From Terriglobia bacterium (GTDB taxonomy: Bacteria > Acidobacteriota > Terriglobia > 20CM-2-55-15): a DNA stretch of 64,000 nucleotides. A program made the translations under genes and the position numbers. Below the pieces are notes generated by a model. The model saw nothing but the letters and a program-made list of their open reading frames with translations. It was not told the origin of the DNA and did no database searches. Positions 38,903 to 50,161 of this stretch are shown in pieces; position 1 is the first letter of the stretch; each line of letters starts with the position of its first letter. The stretch covers positions 256,001 to 320,000 of the forward strand of contig CAXWPJ010000010.1 of assembly GCA_963664115.2 (NCBI GenBank), read 5' to 3'.

Positions 38903-40084
38903 TCACCGCAATCCATCCATTATCAGTCTGAAGTGCGTTCCGAGAACACGGCCCTCGCGGGGGGCGCTCATGATGTCGTCGAACGCGGAAGTCAACTCAA
39001 GGATTTCAAATCCCGACTCTCCAAGATCGCGATACCCCCGGACATATCCGTCACGGAACCCCAGAACGTGCCCGAATTCATGCGCGAGTGTCCGCACCGT
39101 GACATCTCCGGGACCCAGCGCGACGTAACGTCCCACAAAACCATGGGTCGCTTCCGCACCGGTCGTCAGCACTGCGCCATCTTCCGGAAAGCGTGAAGCG
39201 TGACTCAGAAGATCGACGGGATCGCCGGGCTCCGGCCCTACAGTCTCCGGATATAGATCAGTGACATCCACCTGCCGAAACTCAATATCAAGCCCATAGA
39301 CGGCCTCGGCCTCCTGAACGCGCCACATGTTCTCGATCGCGTTCTCGACATTTCTCAGAAATGTCACATCCCCAATATCGGTATAGACCGGAACCCGTAA
39401 AACGATAGCGTCGGGCAGATATCCCTCTACACCTACAAACAATGGAACCTCGGGAACCCCGAGGACCGCCTGAATCGCCTCCGTTGTGTCACGATCCCCC
39501 GAGATCATCAGTTCGTAGAGCGTCGTCATTTGATCGAAGCGCGGGCGGTCCCGGGCGATGGCTCGCTGCCAGAGACGGTTGTACTGGATGTATCCGTCAA
39601 TCGTCCGTTGGTTTCTTACGAGCGTGCGATATTCAAGAATGAACTCCTGGATCACATCGGGTGTGACGTTGGGGGCCACCTTTTCGAATTCCTCTGCGAC
39701 ACGTTGAAGCTTTTGAGCTTCGCCATCGACATACTCTCCGGTAATCGGCCAACTGTAAGAGAATGAGGAAACTGGCGCCTCGTTTTCGGAGGAAAAGTCA
39801 TCAACGATTCGTGGTAGCAGCCCATAGCCGAAGACCACAGGCTCCGGCGGTGGATCTTGAAATGTGGCTAAGAGTTCCGGCGCACGGCGGGCTACCGTAG
39901 TCCGAAGGGAAACAAAAAACCGGTCCAGGTTGGCTCGATGGTCGCGGAACTCGGCCTCAACCCTGTCTCCTGCGACGACGTGCGCCGCGGTGATCCCCGC
40001 CTGAGGGGTCCAAAGCAGCCAGAACAAGCCAATTGAACTCAATATCGACATGGCCTCAATTGTAATCGATCGCGCGGCCTGCAC
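38903..40084 (-). CDS. Putative secreted zinc metalloprotease
   Basis: HEFGHVLGFRD zincin motif and a DDIMS Met-turn-like motif near the C-terminus. Confidence 0.65.
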   Translation of the reverse strand: MQAARSITIEAMSILSSIGLFWLLWTPQAGITAAHVVAGDRVEAEFRDHRANLDRFFVSLRTTVARRAPELLATFQDPPPEPVVFGYGLLPRIVDDFSSENEAPVSSFSYSWPITGEYVDGEAQKLQRVAEEFEKVAPNVTPDVIQEFILEYRTLVRNQRTIDGYIQYNRLWQRAIARDRPRFDQMTTLYELMISGDRDTTEAIQAVLGVPEVPLFVGVEGYLPDAIVLRVPVYTDIGDVTFLRNVENAIENMWRVQEAEAVYGLDIEFRQVDVTDLYPETVGPEPGDPVDLLSHASRFPEDGAVLTTGAEATHGFVGRYVALGPGDVTVRTLAHEFGHVLGFRDGYVRGYRDLGESGFEILELTSAFDDIMSAPREGRVLGTHFRLIMDGLR

Positions 40085-40156
40085 TTGCCCGATGCACCGG
40101 CGGTCAATCTGAGATCAGATCGTTCGAAAACGTTTATCCATAAATCCGCTAAGTAC

Positions 40157-40185
40157 TTGCGTGACCTGCCGAGGCTCAGTATATT
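40157..40185 (+). promoter_or_regulatory. Candidate sigma70 promoter for the act operon
   Basis: TTGCGT-N17-TATATT. Confidence 0.4.
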
Positions 40186-40400
40186 GGTCAATTGGCACTG
40201 TCGTGGTGCCGGGTCCGATAACACTCAGGGTGTGATATGGAACACTGCACCGTGTCTAATCAGACCGACAAGATCGATGGAATGAAATTCGAAAAGAGAG
40301 AAGAGTCCCCCGGAAAAATAAAGGTAATCGCACAGGAATTTGCCGAGCCTGGTCGCCGGCAATAACCCGGACCTGATTTTTATTCTTAGCCCTCATAAGA

Positions 40401-41042
40401 GTGAACACGCAAGCTAACAAGAGAATCGGTCGTTGGTGGAAATTCATGCTCGCCGGCGCTGTAATAGCGACCGGCCTTGCGGTGGGGATCATCACCAGTG
40501 ATGGAGTCCTGAGCGGTCAGGAGACCACGCCAACTGAAATCGAATCGCCGGAATCGTCCGTCTTCACGCCTGCGCACCGCTCCCTTGGTGAGGCCGTCCG
40601 GCATTTTCTCGGCATCCGGCCGGAACCGGTACAGCCGATCGCTTACTCGCACCAATTGCATCTGAACGAGGTCGGACTGACGTGTGACTTTTGTCACGAC
40701 AGCGCTGCGCGCGGACCCATTGCGCGCATTCCCAGCGTGGAAACATGCATGTTCTGTCACCTTGGGGTGGCCACTGACAGTCCTGAAATCGAGCTTCTCA
40801 CGTCCTACTACGACAGGGGCGAAGAACCCCCCTGGCAGCGGGTTTACGGATGGACGGAAGAGGCGCACGTCCTGTTCAACCACGCACCCCACATTCGCGC
40901 TGAAGTGGACTGCGCCACCTGTCATGGCGACATGAGGGAAGCGACCGTGACCCAGCGTGTCGTGGATCACTCGATGAGTTTTTGCGTGGACTGTCACAAC
41001 CAGCAGCAGGCCTCCATCGAGTGCTTGACCTGCCACTATTGA
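40401..41042 (+). CDS. Pentaheme cytochrome c (ActA/QrcA-like)
   Basis: N-terminal TM, QPI.YSH..H, five CxxCH, W.RVY, FNH..H. Confidence 0.9.
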   Translation: MNTQANKRIGRWWKFMLAGAVIATGLAVGIITSDGVLSGQETTPTEIESPESSVFTPAHRSLGEAVRHFLGIRPEPVQPIAYSHQLHLNEVGLTCDFCHDSAARGPIARIPSVETCMFCHLGVATDSPEIELLTSYYDRGEEPPWQRVYGWTEEAHVLFNHAPHIRAEVDCATCHGDMREATVTQRVVDHSMSFCVDCHNQQQASIECLTCHY

Positions 41043-41049
41043 GACGAAA

Positions 41050-43308
41050 ATGGATCGCCGACATTTCTTCAAGGTCACAGCCGCAAGCGGAGCCACAGCG
41101 TCGCTGGCCGGTTGCGGCAATCCTGAAAACCAACTGATTCGATTCATTCCCGAAGAACAACTCGTTCCGGGGGTGGCAACCTTGAAACCGAGCGTGTGCC
41201 CCCTCTGCTCGGCCGGTTGCGGCGTTCAGGTCCGCGTCATGGATGGCGATGTCGAGATCGTCCGAAACGGACAGGCAGGAGTGATGAAGAAGGGACTTGC
41301 CAAAAAACTGGAAGGCAACCCGGAGCACCCCATCAATCAGGGGAAGCTGTGTGCACGAGGTCAAGCGGCTATTCAGGTGACCTACCATCCCGACCGCATC
41401 ACAGGGCCGCTGCGGCGCACCGGCCCCCGGGGTTCGGGCCAGTTCGAGACAATCACATGGGATGAGGCGCTCGCCGATCTGGTTTCGCGCCTGGACACCC
41501 TGGCCAACGCGGGCCAATCCAGTGGTCTCGCTTTCTTGACCCGCCCGCTCCGCGGCCAGAAAGACGTCCTGGTACGCGAGTTTCTGAGACGCTTTGGCGC
41601 GCCGGATCCGATAGCGTTTGAGGTGTTTTCCGATTCCGTCCTCCGCCGGGCGAACGAGTTGAGTTTCGGATACCGTCAGTTGCCGACGCTCGATCTGGCG
41701 CGTTCGAATTATGTTCTCTCGCTAGGTGCGGATTTCCTAGGCACATGGAACTCGCCGGTCGCGCAGAACTTCGGATACGGAGAAATGCGCCAGGGCCGTC
41801 CGGGCGAGCGCGCAAAGTTTGTGCAAGTGGAACCGAGGATGTCGCAGACCGGGGCCAACGCAGACGAGTGGATTCCGGCCAAACCTGGAACCGAGGGCGT
41901 CCTGGCCCTGGGCCTGGCTCACGTCATCATGAACGAGGGTCTCGGATCAGAGGAAGACGCAGGCCGCGCCGGTAGCCTGATCGAAGGATGGTCTGAGGGT
42001 CTGCCCGAATACACCCCCGAAGAAGTGGAGGCTCTCACAGGAATCAGCCAGGAGAGGGTCGAACGCCTCGGCCGGGAGTTCGCGGCAGCGACACCCGCCG
42101 TCGCCATCATCGCAGGTGCGCCGCTGGCCCACACGAACAGCCTGTTCCAGGCACTTGCGGTCAACGCCCTGAACGCGCTCGTTGGCAGCGTATCCACAGC
42201 GGGCGGTGTTTTCTTTACTTCACGCCCGAACATGAACCCCGATTTGGACCCAACGGTCAATGCTCCGGGACCGGGACAGCCCATCGATCAGTTCGCGGCC
42301 GACATCCTGGCGGGGGACGATTCCCGGGTGCAGATACTGTTGCTCAACGATGCCAACCCCGTGTTTGGCACACCGGAGGCCTGGCGTGTCCGGGATGCAT
42401 TGTCGGCGGTACCCTTTATTGCCAGTTTTGGACAATTCGTGGACGAGACCAGCATCCTTGCGGATTTGATTCTGCCGGATCACTCTTTCCTGGAATCGTG
42501 GGTCGACGACCTGCCCGAATCAGGTGCGATTGGCTCCATCGCCAGCGTCGCACCCCCGGCTATGAGGCCCCTTCATGAAACCCGGGCCATGGCCGACGTT
42601 CTGCTCGAGGTCGCCCGGACTCTGGCCAACCCGCTGGATCCGGCCTTCGGATGGGACACTTACGAAGACATGCTCGAAGCCGGTTTCCGGACCCTGCCCG
42701 CTCCGGCGGGAGCCACTGTTTTGTGGCGACGGGCACAGGAAGATGGAGGCTGGTTCGGAGAAGCACAAGAACAGACTCCAGTCCCGGCCGAGGCGGAGCG
42801 CGCGCCACTGGTTTATTCCGAGCCTGACTTCGAAGGGGACCCCGGTCAATACCCTTTTCATTTTCTGCCCTACGCCTCTCAGGCTTTTCTCGACGGTTCC
42901 CTGGCCCACTTGCCCTGGCTTCAGGAGTTGCCCGATGTTCTCTCCACTGCTATGTGGAGCAGTTGGGTTGAAATCAACCCCGAAACCGCGGCCGGACTGG
43001 GAATTGCAGATGGCGATATGGTTGAGATCGCTTCCCAACAGGGTTCGATTGAAGCCCCAGCATTGCTGTCTCCCGGCATAGCCCCCGATGTCATCGCCGT
43101 GCCGGTCGGGCAGGGACACGAAACATTCACGCGGTATGCGAGCGGGCGCGGAGCCAATCCGCTCCGGATATTGGCGCCCCTGGCGGAACCGGAGACCGGT
43201 ACCTTAGCCTGGGCCGCAACCCGTGTCAGGATCACGAGAACCGAGGGTGAGGGAAACCTCATTCTTTTTGCAGGCGCGTTGAGAGAAGTAGAAGAGCGAT
43301 CACGATAG
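41050..43308 (+). CDS. Molybdopterin-oxidoreductase-like Tat lipoprotein (ActB1/QrcB-like)
   Basis: DRRHFFK Tat motif, LAGC lipobox, CPLCSAGC...LCARGQ, EGNPEHP, WSSWVEINP, GQGH. Confidence 0.88.
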   Translation: MDRRHFFKVTAASGATASLAGCGNPENQLIRFIPEEQLVPGVATLKPSVCPLCSAGCGVQVRVMDGDVEIVRNGQAGVMKKGLAKKLEGNPEHPINQGKLCARGQAAIQVTYHPDRITGPLRRTGPRGSGQFETITWDEALADLVSRLDTLANAGQSSGLAFLTRPLRGQKDVLVREFLRRFGAPDPIAFEVFSDSVLRRANELSFGYRQLPTLDLARSNYVLSLGADFLGTWNSPVAQNFGYGEMRQGRPGERAKFVQVEPRMSQTGANADEWIPAKPGTEGVLALGLAHVIMNEGLGSEEDAGRAGSLIEGWSEGLPEYTPEEVEALTGISQERVERLGREFAAATPAVAIIAGAPLAHTNSLFQALAVNALNALVGSVSTAGGVFFTSRPNMNPDLDPTVNAPGPGQPIDQFAADILAGDDSRVQILLLNDANPVFGTPEAWRVRDALSAVPFIASFGQFVDETSILADLILPDHSFLESWVDDLPESGAIGSIASVAPPAMRPLHETRAMADVLLEVARTLANPLDPAFGWDTYEDMLEAGFRTLPAPAGATVLWRRAQEDGGWFGEAQEQTPVPAEAERAPLVYSEPDFEGDPGQYPFHFLPYASQAFLDGSLAHLPWLQELPDVLSTAMWSSWVEINPETAAGLGIADGDMVEIASQQGSIEAPALLSPGIAPDVIAVPVGQGHETFTRYASGRGANPLRILAPLAEPETGTLAWAATRVRITRTEGEGNLILFAGALREVEERSR

Positions 43309-43321
43309 GGGACAAGCACAC

Positions 43322-44017
43322 ATGGCCTACAAATGGGGAATGGCAGTCGATCTGGACCGGTGCACGGGCTGTGAAGCCTGCGTTACGGCGTGTCACGCAG
43401 AAAACAACATCGCCACCGTGGGGCCTGAACAGGCCGATGCCGGTCGGGCAAAGCACTGGATTCGAATCGAACGCTACTGGGAAGGCGAGTTCCCGGATGT
43501 CCAGGTGAAGTTTCGGCCAGTGATGTGCCAGCAGTGCGATGAGGCACCGTGTGAACCGGTCTGTCCAACCTATGCCACCTATCACACAGAAGAAGGCCTC
43601 AATGCTCAGGTGTACAACCGGTGCATCGGCACGCGATTCTGCGCCAATGCATGTCCCTACAACGTGCGCTTCTTCAACTTCTACAACCCCGAGTGGGACA
43701 AACCGCTCCACCTCCAGTTGAACCCGGAAGTCTCACTACGTGAAGTCGGGGTCATGGAAAAATGCACCTTCTGCATACAGCGGATCAACCACGCAAAAAT
43801 CGACGCCAAGGCTGAGGGTTTGGAGTCTATCGAAGACGGAACACTCCAGACTGCATGTGTCCAGTCATGCACGGCCAACGCTTTGGTCTTTGGAGACCTG
43901 AACGATCCGGAAAGTCGGGTTTCCCGTTTGTCGGACTCACCGCGCGGCAGCAAACTGCTCGAAGATCTGGGAACCCAACCCTCAGTGACCTATCTGCAGC
44001 GAGATTCTGAAGAATGA
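43322..44017 (+). CDS. 4Fe-4S dicluster protein (ActB2/QrcC-like)
   Basis: CTGCEACVTAC, CQQC..APCEPVCP, QVYNRCIGTRFCANACPY, VMEKCTFCIQRI. Confidence 0.93.
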   Translation: MAYKWGMAVDLDRCTGCEACVTACHAENNIATVGPEQADAGRAKHWIRIERYWEGEFPDVQVKFRPVMCQQCDEAPCEPVCPTYATYHTEEGLNAQVYNRCIGTRFCANACPYNVRFFNFYNPEWDKPLHLQLNPEVSLREVGVMEKCTFCIQRINHAKIDAKAEGLESIEDGTLQTACVQSCTANALVFGDLNDPESRVSRLSDSPRGSKLLEDLGTQPSVTYLQRDSEE

Positions 44018-45375
44018 ATTCTGCCGCCGACAAGCGGATGACAGAGGATCTGCTCCGTCCTCTGTTCCATACCTCGCTAAAGTTCTACGTCGCTGTGGCC
44101 ATCCTGGGATCGGGCGTAATCATGGGCGTCGGGGCCTGGGCTTACCAAGCGTATTACGGAATCGGTGAGACCGGCCTCAACTGGCCTGTCTACTGGGGAT
44201 TCTATCTGGTCAACTTCGTTTTCTGGATCGGCATCAGCCACGCCGGAACGCTGATTTCGGCAATCCTCCGATTGGTCGACGCCGGTTGGAGACGCCCGGT
44301 GACCCGATGCGCGGAAGCGATTACGGCGTTCGCACTGATGATCGGCGGCATATTCCCACTGATTCACCTGGGCCGACCCTGGCTGTTTTTCTACTTGATT
44401 CCCTATCCGAGCGATCGTGGTATATGGCCCAACTTCCGCTCACCATTGGTGTGGGATTTCTTTGCCATCGGCACCTACCTGACGGCCAGCAGTCTTTTCC
44501 TGCTCTTGCCGATGATCCCTGACTTCGCTTTGGTCCGGGATCGCACGAGCGGGTGGCGTCACAGAGTTTACGGGCTTCTGGCGATGGGCTGGCAGGGGAG
44601 CACGAAGCAATGGAGCAGGCTGGAATCGGCCATGCACATCATGGCGATCGCCATCATTCCCATCGCTGTATCGGTCCACACCGTCGTGTCTTTCGATTTT
44701 TCGATGGCCGTCGTACCCGGATGGCACTCGACAATTTTTGGCCCCTACTTCGTGACCGGCGCGATCTTCAGCGGTATTGCAGGACTCATCGTTGCGATGG
44801 CGGTTCTTCGGAGACTATTGCACCTGGAGGACTATCTCCGGCCAATACATTTCCAAAATCTTGGAAAACTCCTGCTGGCGATGAGCCTGCTCTGGGGCTA
44901 CTTCCTCTTTAACGAACGCCTCGTAATCTGGTACGGCAACGAAACGCACGAGATGGGAGTGTTCTGGGCTACTTTGGCCGGCGAGTACGCACCGTTCTTC
45001 TGGACGATGGTCGTTTGTAACTTCGTTATTCCTCTTTCCATCCTGGCATTCAAGAGAACGCGGACGATCACGGGAACCGTGATAGCTTCGGTCGGCGTCG
45101 TTCTGGGCATGTGGCTGGAAAGGTTTCTGATCATCATTCCGTCGCTCTCTTACAAGCAGTTACCTTACTCCTGGGGATCGTACCTGCCCGGATGGCCGGA
45201 GATCACGATCATGGTCGCCTCGTTCGCTGCCATGGGCCTGCTCTACCTGCTATTTTCAAAATTCGTCCCTATCATTTCCATATGGGAACTCAAAGGGGAT
45301 GACCCGACAGTGACTGTTCCTGAAGAACCCGAACCGAGGGCGGCCTCGACCCGCACTGCAGGAGAATTCGTATGA
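44014..45375 (+). CDS. NrfD/PsrC-family quinol-oxidising subunit (ActC-like)
   Basis: FWIGISHAGTLISAIL, HLGRPW, NFRSPLVWD, SVH.VVSFDF, PGWHSTIF.PYFV.GAIFSG. Confidence 0.93.
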   Translation: MNSAADKRMTEDLLRPLFHTSLKFYVAVAILGSGVIMGVGAWAYQAYYGIGETGLNWPVYWGFYLVNFVFWIGISHAGTLISAILRLVDAGWRRPVTRCAEAITAFALMIGGIFPLIHLGRPWLFFYLIPYPSDRGIWPNFRSPLVWDFFAIGTYLTASSLFLLLPMIPDFALVRDRTSGWRHRVYGLLAMGWQGSTKQWSRLESAMHIMAIAIIPIAVSVHTVVSFDFSMAVVPGWHSTIFGPYFVTGAIFSGIAGLIVAMAVLRRLLHLEDYLRPIHFQNLGKLLLAMSLLWGYFLFNERLVIWYGNETHEMGVFWATLAGEYAPFFWTMVVCNFVIPLSILAFKRTRTITGTVIASVGVVLGMWLERFLIIIPSLSYKQLPYSWGSYLPGWPEITIMVASFAAMGLLYLLFSKFVPIISIWELKGDDPTVTVPEEPEPRAASTRTAGEFV

Positions 45376-45872
45376 CAGCGGTCTATGCCCTTTATGAGCG
45401 GCCGGAAGCTGCGCAGAAGGCTGTCGACGGCCTGCGGGCCGCCGGTGTCCAGGACAAAGACATCACAATACTGTCATCCGAGCCTCTGGAAGCGTATGAG
45501 ATGGGACAGAGAGACCACCACACCGTCATGCCGTGGATGGCGTGTCTCGGGGGGCTGACCGGCTTCTCCGCAGGCGTCGCGCTGACGTCGTTGACGCAAC
45601 TGGACTGGCCGCTGGTTACGGGCGGTATGCCTATCGTTTCGATCTGGCCCAACATGATCCCGATCTTTGAGCTGACCATGCTCGGTGCCGTACTCGCCAC
45701 GGTAGCCACACTCATGGTTTCGGCCGGTCTGCCCGGACGGATGGCGGAATTATACGATCCGGCGGTTTCCGACGGTAAGATCCTCGTCGGCGTGGCTGAC
45801 CAAGCGGGCATCACGTTGGCGGACCTGGAACCGACACTCCAGGACGGTGGTGAGGTCAAGTGGATATCTTGA
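45372..45872 (+). CDS. DUF3341 protein (ActD-like)
   Basis: DWPL.TGG.P, IPIFELT.L, YDP..SDG. Confidence 0.88.
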   Translation: MTAVYALYERPEAAQKAVDGLRAAGVQDKDITILSSEPLEAYEMGQRDHHTVMPWMACLGGLTGFSAGVALTSLTQLDWPLVTGGMPIVSIWPNMIPIFELTMLGAVLATVATLMVSAGLPGRMAELYDPAVSDGKILVGVADQAGITLADLEPTLQDGGEVKWIS

Positions 45873-45956
45873 GTGACACCTGGCCGGTTAACAATTGAAC
45901 ATTACAAGTTAAGAGCGGGTCTTTTGGAACCGGAACTCTGGCGCAGGCCCTGAAGA

Positions 45957-45981
45957 ACCCGCAGCGTTCCTCGCTGCGGGT
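45957..45981. terminator. Strong hairpin between convergent actD-like gene and ahcY
   Basis: ACCCGCAGCG-TTCCT-CGCTGCGGGT, a perfect 10-bp stem. Confidence 0.55.
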
Positions 45982-46063
45982 GGACCGCTTTCAGAGTAAA
46001 GACGCGGTAGCCGAGGCGTCAGTCCAATAGGATGATCGGATCAAACGGGAAAAGTCGTTCCTT

Positions 46064-46082
46064 CGACTCTCACCACAGGCTG
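46064..46082 (+). mobile_element. Isolated right-end IR of an IS1182/IS5-like element
   Basis: CGACTCTCACCACAGGCTG followed by CTAG; 17/19 match to the reverse complement of 26694-26712. Confidence 0.6.
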
Positions 46083-46145
46083 CTAGGGAATCCGAAACGC
46101 ATAGCTCTTAACGTGTGACTTCTTCCCGCTGACGGCAAATTACTT

Positions 46146-47572
<1,427 letters not shown>

Positions 47573-47576
<4 letters not shown>

Positions 47577-48595
47577 GATTTCACCTTTCGTTTTATTAAC
47601 TTTTTGGGTGTTATAACAGTTGCATCGCGTGCCCTGCGTACTGCGGATATCAGGAACAGATCCGGGGCCGGCCGCGCTGGGGCCGCCGGACTGCCCGCCT
47701 CCGGCTTTGGAAGCAGCCGGCAGCTTAAAATTGAAAAACCTGAGCGTTCGAGTTCATCTGCAACGTGATCAGGGTCGAGGCCATTGGACGCGTCTCCGAT
47801 TCGCCGCCGAAAGTCTTCCATCGAATGGGGCGCCACGTCGACGACCAGGAGCCGCCCTCCATCGACAACACCGCGAGCCAGTTCTTCCACGGACCGTCCG
47901 ATGTCTGGCGAATGCCTAAGAACAAGGATGGCCAGCGCGCAATCGATCGAGGCATCCTCAACCGGCAAGTCCTCAATGCGTCCCAGCTTGAACCCGACAT
48001 TCGACAACCCTTCGCGCTCGGCCCGTTGGCGAGCGAGTTCCAACATGGCCGAGGAAGCATCGGCCGCGATCACATGAGCAAACTGGCGAGCCAGAAACGG
48101 CAGCATATAGCCGGTGCCGGTTCCGATGTCAAGGACACGCCAATCTGTCGGCAGTAGACTCGCGACGGCCTCCAGATGGAACAATCCGCCAAAGTGCTCA
48201 GAACGCAGTTCGTCCCACTGATGTGCCACTTGCTCAAAGGTATCACCCGAACCAACACGACTCTCCACCATCTGTCGCAGTCGCAGATGAATTGCCGAGG
48301 GCAGGGCCTGCTGACGGAGCCAGGAGTTCAGTATAGCTGGAAGATCCCCTTCTCCGTTGCTACCGCCGCTCGGTTCGACCAACTCGATATAGACACGGTT
48401 GCCTTCACTTCTGTCCACGAGAAGCCCAGTTGAGCGGAGCGTTTTCAGGTGTCGGCTCACCGTAGACTGCGGGAGTCCCAGTACCTCAGCGATCTCCCCC
48501 ACTGTCAGCGGCGTCTCTGCCAGGATCCGGGCGATTTGACGGCGAACGGAGTCGCTCAATGAACGGAAAAGAAGACCAGGGCTATATTGATCCAC
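47573..48595 (-). CDS. ArsR-HTH plus SAM-dependent methyltransferase-domain regulator (SahR-like)
   Basis: [10 protein letters not shown]...[14 protein letters not shown]; overlaps the ahcY start (ATGA). Confidence 0.88.
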
Positions 48596-48631
48596 AAATT
48601 CGAATATACGAATTTAATAAATATATGTCAA
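48596..48631 (-). promoter_or_regulatory. Sigma70 promoter (leaderless) with an overlapping 20-bp palindromic operator candidate
   Basis: TTGACA-N17-TATATT-N7-GTG; AAATTCGAATATACGAATTT (48596-48615) is 18/20 palindromic. Confidence 0.75.
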
Positions 48632-48859
48632 TCCGGATAACAGCAAGCGCACGGACTTGCCCCAGCTATTCGAGGCGCTGAACGAAAAGGGAGGTCCAAG
48701 TATGAATTCTGCGCAAGGGGCGAAATTCGACGGCGTCTCCTAACTGTTCTCCGGTCAAACGAGCCTACCTGAGTATGAGACCGACGCGACGGTCACGGAA
48801 GTTTTCTCCCGGCCCTTCCGATGTGTGGCACAGCATAATGGGACTTTCACCAAGAGCCT

Positions 48860-49870
48860 CTATCTTTCGAAGTCATCTTCCATACGTTTCAAGTCCTTCG
48901 CCTCCCCCATGGCGATCAAGTAGTCGCCGGCTTCCATCCGGATATCGCCGGCCGGGTTGAACAGCATCTCTTCGGACGGCTTCTGAATTGCGAGAACGAT
49001 TACACCGTAACCCTGGCAGATCCTGGATTCCTCCAACGTTTGAGAGACCGTCTTACTGGACGCCCTGATCGGTATCTGCCCGATCTCAAGGTCGTGCCCC
49101 GAGGCTTTGTTGAAAGCGGAGGCTACGTCCAGAAAACTGAGCACGTGCGGGCGAATCAGAGACTGCGCCAGTCTATGACCGATGAACGGATAGGGTGTGA
49201 AAACGGCCGTTGCGCCCGCCGTACGCAACTTGTCTTCCTCCTGCTCGTTCGAAGAGCGGGCCGAAATAAGCAACTCCGGGTTCAGTGAACGACCCGCCAA
49301 TGTCACGTAAACGTTTTCGGCATCGGAACTGACCGCAGCCACGAGACCCCTGGCCCGATCGATTCGGGCTTCCCTCAACGTTTCATCCTGAGTCGCGTCA
49401 GCAACCAATACCGGAATGTCGCGGTCGATCGCCCACTGGGCACGTTTCGGGTCGTTGTCGATGAGCACCATTTACGCTTGACTCCGCAACAGTTCTTCGA
49501 CGACGCCACGGCCCACACGGCCCGCGCCACAAACGATGTAATGGTCCGACAATCCGCTGAGCATACGTTTCCTCCGGAGCAGGCCAAAATGGTCTGCCAA
49601 TTCCAGTTTTATCAGGGTGTCCGCCATGATTCCAATTGAAACGAACACGATCAAGATGCCACTGAGCATCAGCATCGAGTTGAAGATGCGGCCCGGCTGA
49701 CTCAGGGGCGACACCTCGCCGTACCCGACGGTAGTCAGGGTAATCAAAGCCATGTAGAAGCTATCGAACCACAGCCAGCCCTCGATCACATGGAACCCCA
49801 ACGTTCCCAGGCCGAGAACTGTGGTCAGTAGACCCAGTACCAGAAGTAACCGAGATAATGAAGCGCGCAT
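48860..49870 (-). pseudogene. Two-TM K+ channel with TrkA-N/TrkA-C (RCK) domains, interrupted by an in-frame TAA
   Basis: TTVGYG filter, IVCGAGRVG; ...ELLRSQA-TAA-MVLIDND in one frame (TAA at 49472-49474). Confidence 0.75.
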
Positions 49871-50161
49871 GACTATGAAATCCCCGACCTTGTATAGCAG
49901 CTTTTCGAATCCTCGTCCGCCAAAGTTATCTACTCAAGCGTTTCAAAGGAGAACGCCGGCCTGCCACTCAGATTCTAACGGAATTACCCCAGCCCAACAC
50001 CGACACGCCAGTTCAGGCGTTCGAAAACCTCCATCCTCATCATCCTGCTATACTTAGGTAGTCCGCTTCCCGGGTCGATGGCTCAGAGAAACCGCACCGC
50101 TTTCGGACGTCCCGTGAGCGATGGAAAATGGTTGCCGGTCAAAATCAACGATAAGGACACT

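Noticed and set aside
40186-40400. Moco riboswitch in the long leader of the ACIII-like operon
   Set aside because: Only a short CAGGGTG resemblance; the CCTCCC...GGAAAGGAG end is missing.
49472-49474. Recoding (Sec/Pyl) at the K+ channel internal stop
   Set aside because: The codon is TAA, not TGA or TAG, and the position is not catalytic.
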